A DNA stretch of 64,000 bases from Octopus sinensis (GCF_006345805.1 NC_042998.1:9920001-9984000), one strand, 5' to 3'. Numbered from the stretch's first letter, positions 1 to 14,573 are shown. Translations and numbers: made by a program. Notes: generated from the sequence alone by a model not told the origin.

Positions 1-308
1 AACGTGCAAGTGGCTGAGCACTCCACAGACATGTCTACCCTTAACGTAGTTCTCGAGGAGATTCAGCATGACACAGAGTGTGACAAGGCCGGCCCTTTGA
101 AATACAGGTACAACAGAAACAGGAAGAAAGAGTGAGAGAAAGTTGTGGTGAAAGAGTACAGCAGGGATCACCACCACCCCCTGCAGGAGCCTCGTGAAGC
201 ATTAGGTGTTTTCGCTCAATAAACACTCACAATGCCCGGTCTGGGAATTGAAACCGCGATCCTACGACCGCGAGTCCGCTGCCCTAACCACTGGGCCATT
301 GCGCCTCC
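1..308 (-). mobile_element. tRNA-derived SINE, family C (3' part cut by window edge)
   Basis: Minus strand starts GGAGGCGCAATGGCCCAGTGGTTAGGG (A box) with B-box-like GGTTTCAATTCCC; near-identical to the copy at 24661-25047. Confidence 0.85.
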
Positions 309-399
309 ATCTCACAGCCTAAGTTCATTGAGGTAAACGTGATTGAGGCTGTATGTGTTCTACCTGTATATACCCTGGCTTTATGATAGTTATTTCTAT

Positions 400-1995
400 T
401 TTTATGTGTTAATTTGGGAGACGAAGAGGACCATTATGTAGGTCAACATCTACAGAGAAAGTGGGATGAGGAGAGGTATCCAGAGGCTCGATGTTTTGAG
501 GAGCCAGAATTAAGCAATGTGGTCAGTGCAAATATAGGGAATGACACTTACAGGGTTGATGTGAGGAGGAGGGATCAATGGGCCTGGGAAGATGCAGTGT
601 ACAACCAGCTATTTCATAGGAAACTAAACTGTTGAAGCTACAGTAGAATAGGCAGGGAAGAAACAGCATGTCTCTGATCCAGAAATTGTAATGAGTCTAT
701 AGTAATCCCTCGTGTGGCTTCTTTTAGATGTGGTCTAGGATGTTTGAGTGAATAGCAGCAATAGCATCACAAATATAGGAGCATTGTTGCCTTTAACTTT
801 GTAAGGGGTCAGCAGTTGATCAGAGCTGAAGTATTTTCTAGCCCTGAAGAGTAAGGCTTTGAGATACAGATTTTACTATATTATGCATGTAAGATTGATT
901 AGAAGGATCATCTGAAATCAAAAGACCCAGCATTTATGGTAACTTTAAGGGTTTTAGTTGTGTTTTATCCAAGACTGGAGGGGTTGAGGTATTTGATTGT
1001 TTCATTGAAATGTGCAGTGATTATGTCCTTGTGTTGAAAAAAGGCATGACCCTATTGAGGCCCCTTTTCATGGAGTTAGCACAGACTTGAGCAGTGTTTA
1101 GGTTGCATGTGAATGACAACTGTATGCAGAAAATTAAGGAGTGAAGGGTAGTGTCACCTGCATATAGTTTGCCAAATCCTTTAAGAGCAAAAGACCATTC
1201 ATTGGTAACATAGGAAAGTAGATCTCCAGTAGATCTGGGTCTACAGAGGTATTACTGGTGGTCATTGAGGAGGCTAAGAGCTCATGATATTGGAGAAGGA
1301 GATTGTTATTGAGTGTTTTAGATGTTGGAAATGAGAGCTATTGCTTGATAGGTGGAAGGATCAGAGATCCCTGGAGAAAGAGAGAAGTTAAAGAGTTTAG
1401 TGTGAAGTGGGGCTTGTTCTGATGGGCAGTATTTCAAAGTAATGGAAGGGATATCATTAGGGTTGGTAATATTATCAGCTTGAGGTAACTGAAGGTATTT
1501 TGCATGTGGTATATAACTATACATGATAGCGAAACTGGTGGAATGATGATTTTGTCACCTGTTTAACTGTTTCATATGAATCAAGACTGAAGTACATTTG
1601 CTGCCAGGTGTAGCTAACATAAGGTGGTGAGCTGGCAGAAACGTTAGCACGCCGGGTGAAATGCGTAGCCGTATTTCGTCTGCCGTTACGTTCTGAGGTC
1701 AAATTCCGCCGAGGTCGACTTTGCCTTTCATCCTTTCGGGGTCGATAAATTAAGTACCAGTTACGCACTGGGGTCGATGTAATCGACTTAATACCCATAT
1801 CTGTCCTTGTTTGTCCCCTCTGTGTTTAGCCCCTTGTGGGTAATAAAGAAATAGGTGTAGCTAACATAAAACTTGTGGAATTCTGATGAGCCAATCTGAA
1901 GTGCTACAGACTTTATGAGGTTGTTGTCCAGTATTTGGATGGGTTGGATGGTTTAACAGAAATCAATGTGCCAGAGGACTTTGCTAAGCTCAAAA
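400..1995 (-). mobile_element. Degenerate CR1/L2-like LINE reverse transcriptase remnant, interrupted by a SINE
   Basis: Minus-strand peptides PGISDPSTYQAIALISNI (cf. NPSNYRPIALIS) and RSTGDLLSYVTNEWSFALKGFGKLYAGDTTLHS (decayed YADD motif); many stops and frameshifts. Boundaries approximate. Confidence 0.7.
1623..1852 (+). mobile_element. SINE family B, full length with TSD
   Basis: Head GGTGGTGAGCTGGCAGAAACGTTAGC, core GTCGACTTTGCCTTTCATCCTTTCGGGGTCGATAAA, tail AAAGAAATA; 17-bp direct repeat AGGTGTAGCTAACATAA at 1606-1622 and 1853-1869. Confidence 0.92.
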
Positions 1996-2183
1996 TATGA
2001 GTTTTTTTATATGGGAATGTAAATAATTATTGTAAACTATTCTATAAAACCTACACACTTTGCAACACGTTCTTTATTAACATTTCAATACATGTCATAT
2101 AATGTTGTATTGTTGAACTTTTCAGGTCTTATTAAATTATAACATTTTATAATCTTTATTTATAATTAATATTTTATTTAAAG

Positions 2184-2789
2184 GTTGCAAATTACTTCAA
2201 AACGAAGTATGGAACTGATGTTGAACCAGTCCGTATGTCACAGATGAAATACAGCTTTGAGATCTGGTGTGCTAAACTTTCTGCTAAATCTGAAGATCAT
2301 GATCCTCAAAGTACATTCTGTTACTTTATGACCGATGGTCAATATTCCATAAATCCGGTTACTGAATTCCTTAAATGGGTGGTATATCAATCTGACCATA
2401 CGATACCTGCAATTGCCCTATCTTTGTCTGAGTACTTACTGGACAAAATGGATACTACTGCTACAGATGAAATGTTTCTGTCTTTTGGGGACACTTTAAA
2501 GAAGAAAATGGTCAATATTCTTGAAGAAAACTGTGTATTTTTATTTCCTCCTCATCCACGTGTAGCGCCTTACCACAACCAGCCATTGACAACGCCATTT
2601 GATTTCTCTTATACGGCTATTTTCAACTATTTGGGATTCCCAGTTACACAGTGTCCTGTAGGATTGAGTTCAGAAGGCTTACCTCTTGGTGTACAAGTTG
2701 TTGGATCAGACCTAGCTGACCATGTCACAATTGCTGTTGCTCAGGAAATTCAAGCTGCATTTGGTGGTTGGGTAAACCCAAGTGCATAA
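2184..2789 (+). CDS. FAAH2: Terminal coding exon of a fatty-acid amide hydrolase 2-like amidase
   Basis: AT-rich acceptor ...TTTAAAG|GTT at 2183/2184, phase 0, open to TAA. C-terminus FLFPPHPRVAPYHNQPLTTPFDFSYTAIFNYLGFPVTQCPVGLSSEGLPLGVQVVG...FGGWVNP matches the FAAH2 C-terminal pattern. Upstream exons not seen in the window; the symbol is family-level. Confidence 0.88.
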   Translation, partial: VANYFKTKYGTDVEPVRMSQMKYSFEIWCAKLSAKSEDHDPQSTFCYFMTDGQYSINPVTEFLKWVVYQSDHTIPAIALSLSEYLLDKMDTTATDEMFLSFGDTLKKKMVNILEENCVFLFPPHPRVAPYHNQPLTTPFDFSYTAIFNYLGFPVTQCPVGLSSEGLPLGVQVVGSDLADHVTIAVAQEIQAAFGGWVNPSA

Positions 2790-3825
2790 ATTCAGTTAAT
2801 TTCTTTTTTTTTATTATTTTAGTTACTATATTTTCTGTTACAAAAGAGAAGAGAAAATTTTCTAGAAAATTATTTTCTTAAAATCACTCTCAATATTACT
2901 AAATCAAAATTTATTCTTTTAAGACAAAGAAACTAAAGAATTATATTCAAGGTAGAATTTCACCATGAAGATGTGTGTGTGTGTGTGTATGTGCATGTGT
3001 GTATGCTGTTATAAGTTGTAAAGATATGGGGGATATGTATATAACATAAACACATTGGTCATGCTTATAATGCCTTGACAGCAATCGGTTATATATACAT
3101 CAGCATTGTCTGTGACTGAAGCAATGTCATCTGAAGACTATGACATATGTGTGTGCAACGATAAATATATACATATATGTATATGAATTTGGTAGGGTTT
3201 TCAACGAGTATGTTTGCTTGCATGTATAAATATGTGTATTACACACACTTTTTATGTTTCTCTGCCTGCCTGCCTGTCTCTCTCTCTCTCTTTCTCTCTC
3301 TTCATGTGTATGTATGTTTCTATGCATGTGTTGTAATGATACTGCATCCTTTCTCCTCCACATGTCTTCAAGTATAAACGTGATATCAAGTATCGCCCTA
3401 GTTTATATTGATATCATAAATCTCTTTGTTGTCTCTCTTCTGTCTGTGTGATCGCAGGGTTACGGTAGCCTTATTTCACATCTGAGATAGTAAATTATTC
3501 AAATTGTAGTTCAATAATGAGATCATAATAGATGATAGGCTGGCGAATAATTTATGAGAGAGAATTGGTTTTTTTCTCTTTTATAAATTATCATCCAGCT
3601 GATCACCTTCATATTTTAATCTAATTATTTAATCTAATTAATTTTTTTCACTTAGTTTCTTTGAAAAAGAATTTGTATGATTTAATCCAACTCTATTTTA
3701 TGCCAGTATCTTTTACTTAGCAATGAATCTTATTTTGCAATTAATAATCATTTTTAAAAATATAATAATTCTCACCAGGATTATTATATTTTTAAAAAAT
3801 TACTCTCCTTCTCTGTATATATATA

Positions 3826-3999
3826 TATTAGGGAATAAATCCAAACTTACAGGGAAAAATCAGATTTAGGATTAAATCCAATTTTATAGTATAAATATAT
3901 TATATCATATTATATTAAATTAGAGATAAAACCACTATTAGGCAAATCAAACAATGAGAAACATAAGCCAATACATAAATTAATTGATTTATATTATTT

Positions 4000-4060
<61 letters not shown>
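3826..4060. repeat. Dispersed (TA)n-associated repeat followed by (TA)n tract
   Basis: 3911-3976 matches the reverse complement of 35253-35319 (ATTAAATTAGAGATAAAACCACTATTAGGCAAATCAAAC...). Confidence 0.6.
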
Positions 4061-4064
<4 letters not shown>

Positions 4065-4948
4065 GGAGATAAGGATAATTCAAGTGAAAAATACGGTAGT
4101 GCAAAGTAAAATGCCTGAAACTATTTAGTTATGACTCTTGACATTCTGATTTCCAAACACCTTGTCCCCACTCCCTGGTCAACTATGTCTTTGGTCCATT
4201 CTGTACCTATAAAATTAATACTAGTAATAAATGAACTGGGGTTGATCCTTAACAAATTCGTGACTTTGTGCTGAAGTCAAATATGGGATTCCTGGAAAGC
4301 TAAGCAGCTAAGATATTTCGTCATGTCCTCCTTACTGCATACATTTTGAATGGGAATCATTGGGAACGCTTCTATAGTCAAGCTTAACCAGGAAATTTGA
4401 CTGTTTGGTTTCTCTCTGCGAGGGAATGTTTGTTTGTTCGACGTGGTTGCCATTAGAGGAAGATTACAACAGTTTCTGCACCAAACAGAAGACTAACATG
4501 AACGACATGTTGACAGTTTATGTTGGCTTATGTTCCCCTTCACAGGTCTCTCTCTCTATGCCAAAGGGAAACAGAAAAAGATGGAGACCTATTTCTCATT
4601 TCTTCTTTGTTCTATCCACGAGGCCATGTGACGGAAAGTTATGATGACAAATAGATCAGTTACAATACTTATCTTTTTGACATTTCACTCAAAACTTTCT
4701 CCTCTCTTTAATTTCTGTTTGATTTCACTTTCATCTTGAAGACATAATTTTGTGATTCTGAAATGGATTTGAATTAAACATTTCAGGGAACTTGTTGTTA
4801 GTCTTCTTACTTATGGTCTGCTGTGTCAAGCATAAAACATTTTAGAAATTCTTACAACTGCCATGTAATAGTAACACTATTGCAATCTGTATTGTGTCAG
4901 ATGGAATGGTAGAAATAGTAGATTGTAGTTCTAAATGCATAAATAGAG

Positions 4949-5092
4949 AATACTAAACGAGTTCCCTATGGATACCGTATTTATTACAACTCGTGGCTTG
5001 TAAACGTATCTAACTCACTTTCGCTCGTTAGATACGTTTACAAGCCACGAGTTGTAATAAATACGGTATCCATAGGGAACTCGTTTAGTATT
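4949..5092. repeat. Perfect inverted repeat (66-bp arms, 12-nt loop)
   Basis: 4949-5014 is the exact reverse complement of 5027-5092; loop TCACTTTCGCTC. Confidence 0.95.
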
Positions 5093-5151
5093 TTATTAAC
5101 CCAATAACTAAATTCTTCACGTTTAGTTGTAACTTATGAATGACAAAAGTA

Positions 5152-5359
5152 GTGCCGTCACCGTGACTTCGGGTCATCACCATGGATTGACCAATCAGAA
5201 GCAGTGCTGTCACCGTGACCTCGGGTCATCACCATGGATTGACCAATCAGAAGCAGTGCTGTCACCGTGACCTCGGGTCATCACCATGGATTGACCAATC
5301 AGAAGCAGCGCTGTCACCGTGACCTCGGGTCATCACCATGGATTGACCAATCAGAAGCA
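5152..5359. repeat. 52-bp minisatellite x4, each unit with a CCAAT box
   Basis: Units start at 5152, 5204, 5256, 5308: GTGCTGTCACCGTGACCTCGGGTCATCACCATGGATTGACCAATCAGAAGCA. Confidence 0.95.
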
Positions 5360-5818
5360 GCGCTCGCAGTATCTGACATATGTTAGATACCAAAAATATC
5401 TCAAAGTGTTCTCACTCACATGTGTGTTATAAAGCCATTTATTTATATTCCTTTACATTCTGAGAACAAATCCTTCCATGGTTGACCTTGGCCTTTCATC
5501 ACTCTGAGTTTGAAACAAAATAACTACTAGTAATGAACTCAGATCAGTTTAATAAACTTGTTCCCTCTTACAAAAATTTTGGTTAGGTGCCAGAGCTAGA
5601 AGTAATTATTAGACTTTTTACCTACAGAATTTGAATCTTACCTAGGTCAGCTTTGCAGTTCATCCTTCTCAGGTTGACAGAATTCATACCAGTTAATTAC
5701 TAGAATCAATTTAATCAACTGTTTCCTCTGCAAAATTCACAGCCTTGTGCTTGATCAAGAGAAATTAAATATTATTAATTATAATTAAACATTAATTATA
5801 ATTAACTAAATTATGTGT

Positions 5819-6070
5819 GGAGGCGCATGGCTTAGTGGTTAGGGTGTTGAACTCATAATCGTAAGATTGTGGTTTCGATTTTTGGACCAGGTGATGCGTT
5901 GAGTTCTTGAGCAAAACACTTCATTTCACGCTGCTCCAGTCCACTCAGCTGGCAAAAATGAGTAATCCTGTGATGGACTGGCGTCCCGTCCAGGTGGGGA
6001 ATTTCTCCGCCACTGAAACCGGGAAACCGGCCCTTATGAGCCTGGCATGGCTCGAGAAGGAACATTTATT
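5819..6070 (+). mobile_element. tRNA-derived SINE, family D
   Basis: Head GGAGGCGCATGGCTTAGTGGTTAGGG, CORE-like TTCTTGAGCAAAACACTT, then GATGGACTGGCGTCCCGTCCAGG; related copies at 8367 and 61884. Confidence 0.85.
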
Positions 6071-6705
6071 TTTTTTTTAAACTAAATTATGTATTATTAT
6101 GTAATAAAATTAATCAATATTCATTATTATTACTATTATTGTTTTATTACTCTGATTACAGTATTAAACTGATGTTGCTATGTTTGTTATGCAGTTCAGT
6201 TAATGAGGGACTCATTAATTAGATGTAAACAGGCTGAAGAGAGAAAAGTAGAGGAACACATCAAATTCATTAGCTTAGTTTCTGCTTTGTGTCTTTGTAA
6301 TAATTCAAAAGAAAGAAATTAATATGAATGTCCCCAAATATAATTATTTTTCTCTGTTATTGTTATGAAATATATATATATATATATTTTGACTGACGTT
6401 ATCTGCTTTGGTGGTCAGTATAAAAATAGAAGAAGAAAGAGGCAAATTTAATGCTGAATCTTGTGGTCAAGCATTTTAAATGAACTGACCATACAATAAT
6501 ATCACTGTTTGTGGAAACTTAAAATGTAAGACATACATAATTTCAAAACTTGGTGTAGAAAATGACTCAACTATTTGAGGTTCTAATATTAAATATAAAG
6601 TTATGCAAACTATTATAGAACGCACATTGCTGCTGACATTCCTGGCCAATTACACAATTAGTTAAACTTTTAAACAATATATTTATCTCTCTCCTCCCCA
6701 CCTCC

Positions 6706-6739
<34 letters not shown>

Positions 6740-7049
6740 TGTATTGGTTTCATGAACCTCAGTTTGTGACGTTTTGTAGCTTCAATGAGAAACACACACA
6801 CACACACACATTAGTTGTATGAAATGAGTGAAAAAGAACTCAGTACAATTAGTAAAATATAGTAAAGTAATATAACCTTCAATTAGTCGAAAGCACTAAC
6901 TGTGGCTTATCAAGCTTCTGTGTCAGAATAAAAACAACAAACTGATTGGCGTTCTTGCTTTGCCATGACTGTTCTCTGAGAAGCATGTTTTTACAGATCT
7001 CAGTGGATCACACCCTAAAGCTTTCACAATTAATGTTGGTGTGTGTGTG

Positions 7050-7094
<45 letters not shown>

Positions 7095-8074
7095 ACATGT
7101 TTAAATATAAACATACTAACATTTGCTTTTTATAAGCACTGAAATATGTATATAGATACAAATTTAATGATAATATATTTCTGAATATAGTGATGCCATT
7201 AGAACAACAGAAATTTTGCGTAAATTACCCTTACAAAGCTGGTGCTTGACAAATTTTTCCACTTCGTAAGGATGATTTACCCAAGATTTCTGCTGTTCTA
7301 ATGGCATCTCTGCGTTCAAAAATAAATCATCATCTTATTTGAATATATATATATATACACATGTATGTGTGTGCATGTATTTATGTATGTATGTATATCG
7401 AACAAAGGCACTGCATAGTCTGACATAACCAATATCTAGTGTCGTACGACACAGGGTATCAACCTCAGGTTAGGCAAGGAATACAATCCAAGTGATAGAA
7501 ATAATGACATACACAAAACAGATATGGTAGTCATGCTTTATATAAAGTATCAAATACTATCGCTGTTTTCCGTACGTTGTGTGTGTGTGTCTATAAATCC
7601 TAAATGATGCCTTGTTTATGAAATCATTTCTTTGATTAATAAATATGATGTGTATATTTAAGTAAGACTTAACTCTTTCTTTAATTCCTAACTATAGCAT
7701 TTTATCTACATTCTGAATGAAAATTTATTATTTGTTCAACGTGTATGTCTTAGGAGATGTTATACCACATCCAATTTCCTATAAGGATGCACAGCCAAGT
7801 GGTTAAGAACCTAGGTTCAATCCCAATGCATGGCATCTTAGGCAAATGCTTTCTACTATAACCTCATGCAAAAGTTGGATTAATAGAAACTGTGTAGAAG
7901 CTTGTCAGAGAGACTGTACATGTAATTTGAAGGCACAGCCTTGTTACAAGCAGTATCATGCAGAATTTGACTCAGTGTTACATTAAAGGTAGAAATGCTT
8001 GTGGAATGCTTAACTATTTAGGCCCAGTAATAAATATAGTGAGTAGGTAGTTGGGTTGATTGAAACCCCTCATC

Positions 8075-8345
8075 CCTCCATCCATCTCATCTTCTTCACC
8101 CACAATTCCTGGTATGGTTGTGAGCTACAGTCCTCAGGCATCTCCTCTACTTGCTCCTATCAGAAGCTACCATTGGCTGGGTGCCCAAGCATGACCAGTT
8201 GTGACTATGGATATTATCAAGCCAGCCTTGTTTTTGGTCAGCCTCTAAGTTTCCTGTCTTTTGGCATGGTGTGGGTTGAAGGTTCCTTCTTGTGATTCTT
8301 CCCTGTGACATTCTAGTCGCATGACTGTAGTGCCAGAGTTGTGAC
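8075..8345 (-). mobile_element. RTE-clade LINE 3' remnant
   Basis: Peptide QLWHYSHATRMSQGRITRRNLQ...GWLDNIHSHNWSCLG...ASDRSK resembles the RTE C-terminus (RWFGHV.RM...RW.D.I). Confidence 0.55.
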
Positions 8346-8366
8346 CTCTCAATATGGAGAAGTAGG

Positions 8367-8624
8367 GGAGGCATGTGGCTTAGTGGTTAGGGTGTTGGAC
8401 TCATGATCGTAAGATTGTGGTTTCAATTCCTGGACCAGGCAACACATTGTGTTCTTGAGCAAAACCCTTCATTTCATGTTGCTCCAGTCCACTGAGCTGG
8501 CAAAAATGAATAATCCTGCGACGGACCAGTGTCCCATCCAAGTGGAGAATTTATACACCATGGAAACTGGGAAACCAGCCCTTATGAGTCAGCATGACTC
8601 CAGAAGGTAACCTTACATTTACCT
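8367..8624 (+). mobile_element. SINE family D
   Basis: Aligns along its length with 5819-6070. Confidence 0.8.
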
Positions 8625-9289
8625 AATAAAGATAACTAGCTGCTCAACCTAGAGAGACTCCTTTATCTCCCTACGACATATCCTGTTGAGTAACATTATT
8701 CCAGAGATCCTTTGGAGGAATCCCATTTTGATTACTTGTATTTGTAATCATAGTCTTTTGGTCATTACTGTACGTTCGTGAGTAAAGGAATGAAAACCTG
8801 ACCCTTTCCATTGTTGGAAGTGGCAGAAGACCCCTTTTTATCCATGCTGTCTTGCAGCAAATATATAAAGTGTTGTTTCGTGAAATAGCTAAATGTGTTG
8901 GTTGCAGTGAATAAAATTTCACCGCTTCGAGAATGTCATAAGTAAAAAGGAATTTAAACTGGTCTAAATTGTGAAAGATTGTCTGTACTCTTATTAACAA
9001 AAGGATACATGTTACAAAACTGGCTGGTCATAGGGCAAATCTAAAAAAGTCAAGACACAGCAAGCATTTTATGGTCTTACACATTGTAAGATTGCTTGTA
9101 GAAAAACTTTGAGTCTGTCCTTAATAGATAAAAAGTTCCTCTAAGAGTGTTTAAAAGCTAAAAAAAAGAACGAAGGGAAATAACTCCAATGTAATCTGCT
9201 AACTAAAATTTTTGTAAAATAGACAATGCAGATGGGAATGGATCTTGTCTTTAAAGACAAATGGTAGAAGTAATAGTCATACATGTGTG

Positions 9290-11119
<1,830 letters not shown>

Positions 11120-11120
<1 letters not shown>

Positions 11121-11296
11121 ATATATATATATATATACACATATATATTTAAGTGTAAATTTACATATATGGTAGTATATATACATATATGTATATTTAT
11201 ATATATATGGTTCTATACATATATTTTTAAGTGTATATTTATATATATGGTTCTGTGTATATATATAACAGAGTTCAAAATTTACACTTAAATATA

Positions 11297-11335
<39 letters not shown>

Positions 11336-11530
11336 TTAAGTGTAAATTTATATATATGGTTCTATACATATATATATATATATATGTATATTTACATATA
11401 TGGTTCTATACATATACAGATATATATGTGTGTGTATATATATATATGTATTAAGTGTATATTTACATATATATATATGCATATATATACATATATATAT
11501 ACATATATATATATACACATATATATATAC

Positions 11531-11561
<31 letters not shown>

Positions 11562-11785
11562 ATATATATATATTTAAGTGTAAATTTATATATATGGTTC
11601 TATACATATATATATATATATGTATATTTACATATATGGTTCTATACATATACAGATATATATGTGTGTGTATATATATATATGTATTTAAGTGTATATT
11701 TACATATATATATATGCATATATACATATATATATATACATATATATATATACACATATATATATACACATATATATATATACAT

Positions 11786-11829
<44 letters not shown>

Positions 11830-11900
11830 AATATATATATATACATATGTATATATACGCACAGACATACACATTAGCGTATACTTACACATATGGTTCT
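11120..11900. repeat. Complex AT-rich minisatellite built on (TA)n
   Basis: Recurring modules TTTAAGTGTAAATTTA and ATATGGTTCTATACATATA. Confidence 0.9.
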
Positions 11901-13718
11901 GTGTGCTTGCTCACACACACACACACATATACTTTTATATAATAGCAATATGTCTATTGCGTAACATATCTGGGATGTTCTCAGTATTTCTTGATACAGT
12001 TTTGTAAATCGTAACTGAAACTATTTCGTTGGTGTTTGGTTTCTTCTCAAATCATACAAAAGAAATGTGACTTAATGAAATAAATGATGAAGAAAGTAAT
12101 AGAAGTTTATTTTTCTATTACGTAACCATATTTGCAACCGACATATAGAAAGCAGCTGATGCCTGCTAATATTATTTTTAATATCTTAACGAAGCCTTTA
12201 GGTAAATTTTATTTACGACAGATGTGTCATAGCTTTATTCATCAATTTGAAGGATGAAAATATTGTTTTTATAAAAGAAAAATAAATTATCCACTGTTTT
12301 GATCTATTAAATGTTTTTGTTTTTTCAGGTTAGAGACATATAATTTTGCCTATTTGCATGGGTGGGGGTAGCTTTCTTTGTTTACTATTTTTTTTTAAAT
12401 ACTAGATAGACTTTTCACTGCTAATTATTTAATTATCAGAATAAGAAACTTCATTTTTTTTCTTCTTTTTGCTGTAGGCAAATTGAGGAAGCAGTATTAT
12501 GTGCCTTACTCAAGGGCACCACACGTTGATTGTAAAGTTTGAACTTGTGATCTTGTGGTCCACAGTCCATTCTTTAGTCTTTCGACTATTGTACCTCAGT
12601 TTATTAATCTGGAATGTATTCTGTTGTCACCAATATACATTCCTTGCAAAACACTATTATATGCATGTTTGTGTAATTTATAACAGAGTTCAACATTTGG
12701 TTATGGAAGAGAATGGTAAAGATGTCCAAGACAGCAGATTGCTGAACTTGAGATAGTACAGTATTTAATTTCACCTCTCAGTTTCAAGTTCCAAGAGTTT
12801 TGGGGACCTAATAATATTTACCTGTAATATACAATGGTTGAATTGATTAAAATCTTCTGTTATAAGAATTGGCCTTGTTCTGTTGCAAGAGATTTGAAAC
12901 TTCATTATTCCATTATAAAATTATTTGAAACAAATATTTTGTTACTGCTCAGAACCAAAAATTGTTTGATTTTTTTAAAAACTATTTTCTTTTACTTTGG
13001 TCACTTGCTTTAAATCATTTTTTGTACACAGCTATATATTTTTTGTTGCAAATTTATATTTTTTTATTTGAACATATTTCATCAATAAATCTGGGATTGC
13101 TTCAATGCCAGTTGCCTTGGTGTTAACACTTTCAATTATTTTCAGTGAAACTTTATTAATTTTTATTTTAATAAATCAATTAGTTAAAAATGCCTTGATA
13201 ATTTTTAATTCATTTTGTTATATTCAAAGATAGCTTCATCTTATATCAATGTTGTGGTTTGCATTTTTAAAGTATCTGCTCTCGGATTTAAAAAACTAGA
13301 TTTTATTCATCTGGAACTGGTAGGCTACGTCTTAAAACTGCATCAACAAAATTATTCACTTCTTTTATATACTCATTCAACAACACTGCCAAACTGTGTA
13401 GCATGGTTAGGCCAGATTTTATATATCTACAGATCCCAACATCTATAAAACCTTGGGATTTCCTGAAAATCATGCATTTCTAAACATTTTCTTTAGATTT
13501 TTACTTTTATTTTCATTTTCATTTAACTTATACAGCTTGTACATGAACAAAAGATGCATAGATGTTGTAGTCATCTAGATCCAGAATTACTATTTAAAAT
13601 ACAGTGAGATGGTTTCCAGTTCCTTTTTCAAAACTGCCATAAAGCAAGATTTTTTTAGAACATTTCTAAATAGGGTCTGTATCACAAATGTACATGTGTG
13701 TGTGTGTGTGCATCTAAA

Positions 13719-14108
13719 TCTCTCTCTATATAAAGCTGAAGTTGTCTGTGTATGGCAGGTTTGGTAGCCTTCAACTAACACTATCTCCTCCAAGACCCTG
13801 CAGCGCAAGTTGACCAAAATCGAGAGTATGATAGAAGGCTTGCTCTTCCTTCCGTAGAAGAAAAAATTCAAATTGGACCATGTTAACACCAAAAATTATT
13901 TACATCAAAAAGGTGCTTTTTTTCTATGAAAATCCCTATTTTTTACGATTTTTTTACTGCTGTGTCACCATTTTACAGTGTATTTCAACCAGAAAAAATC
14001 TTCACTCAAAGAGAATAACAAGCTACATAATGCAAACTTTTTCCTTTTCAAAAATTCCACTTCTAAAGGGTCGAAACAAACCCGACCAACGCCGGGCGAT
14101 ACTGCTAG
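13719..14108 (+). mobile_element. Non-autonomous Helitron (divergent subfamily)
   Basis: A|TC start, 3' CCCGACCAACGCCGGGCGATACTGCTAG|T, no TSD; both termini resemble the ~400-bp family. Confidence 0.75.
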
Positions 14109-14140
<32 letters not shown>

Positions 14141-14534
14141 GATATGATATTATATAATACACAACAACCTCTTCCAGTTTCTGTCTGCAAAATCAAACAA
14201 AATCCACTCACAAAACTTTGGAAGACACTTGTCCAAGGTGCTGCACAGTGGGACAGAACGCAAGACTACACAGTGGGGAAACAAGCCTCTTGACCACATA
14301 ACCATGCCTGCAGTCTTTACTTGTGAAATAGAAAAGGTATCTTCTGAAGGAAGATTAAAAGTTATCACTTTGACACAACTGAATTTCAAAAGAGAAAACA
14401 ACTTAAACAATATTCCATAAATCATGTGAATGTTGAGGCTCTTCTGAAGATATATTCTTCATGCTGTGAATAATGAGACAATTAGAGACTCATTTTTATT
14501 TGGCTGTATTAAATATCCATTTGGGGATATATTT

Positions 14535-14573
<39 letters not shown>

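Noticed and set aside
414-635. 73-aa plus-strand ORF
   Set aside because: Antisense of the decayed LINE C-terminus.
1884-1910. CTGATGAG as a hammerhead core
   Set aside because: No stem II or GAAA follows; it lies within LINE debris.
5152-5359. CRISPR-like array
   Set aside because: Units are contiguous with no unique spacers, there are no cas genes, and the context is eukaryotic; the same applies to 43504-43835.
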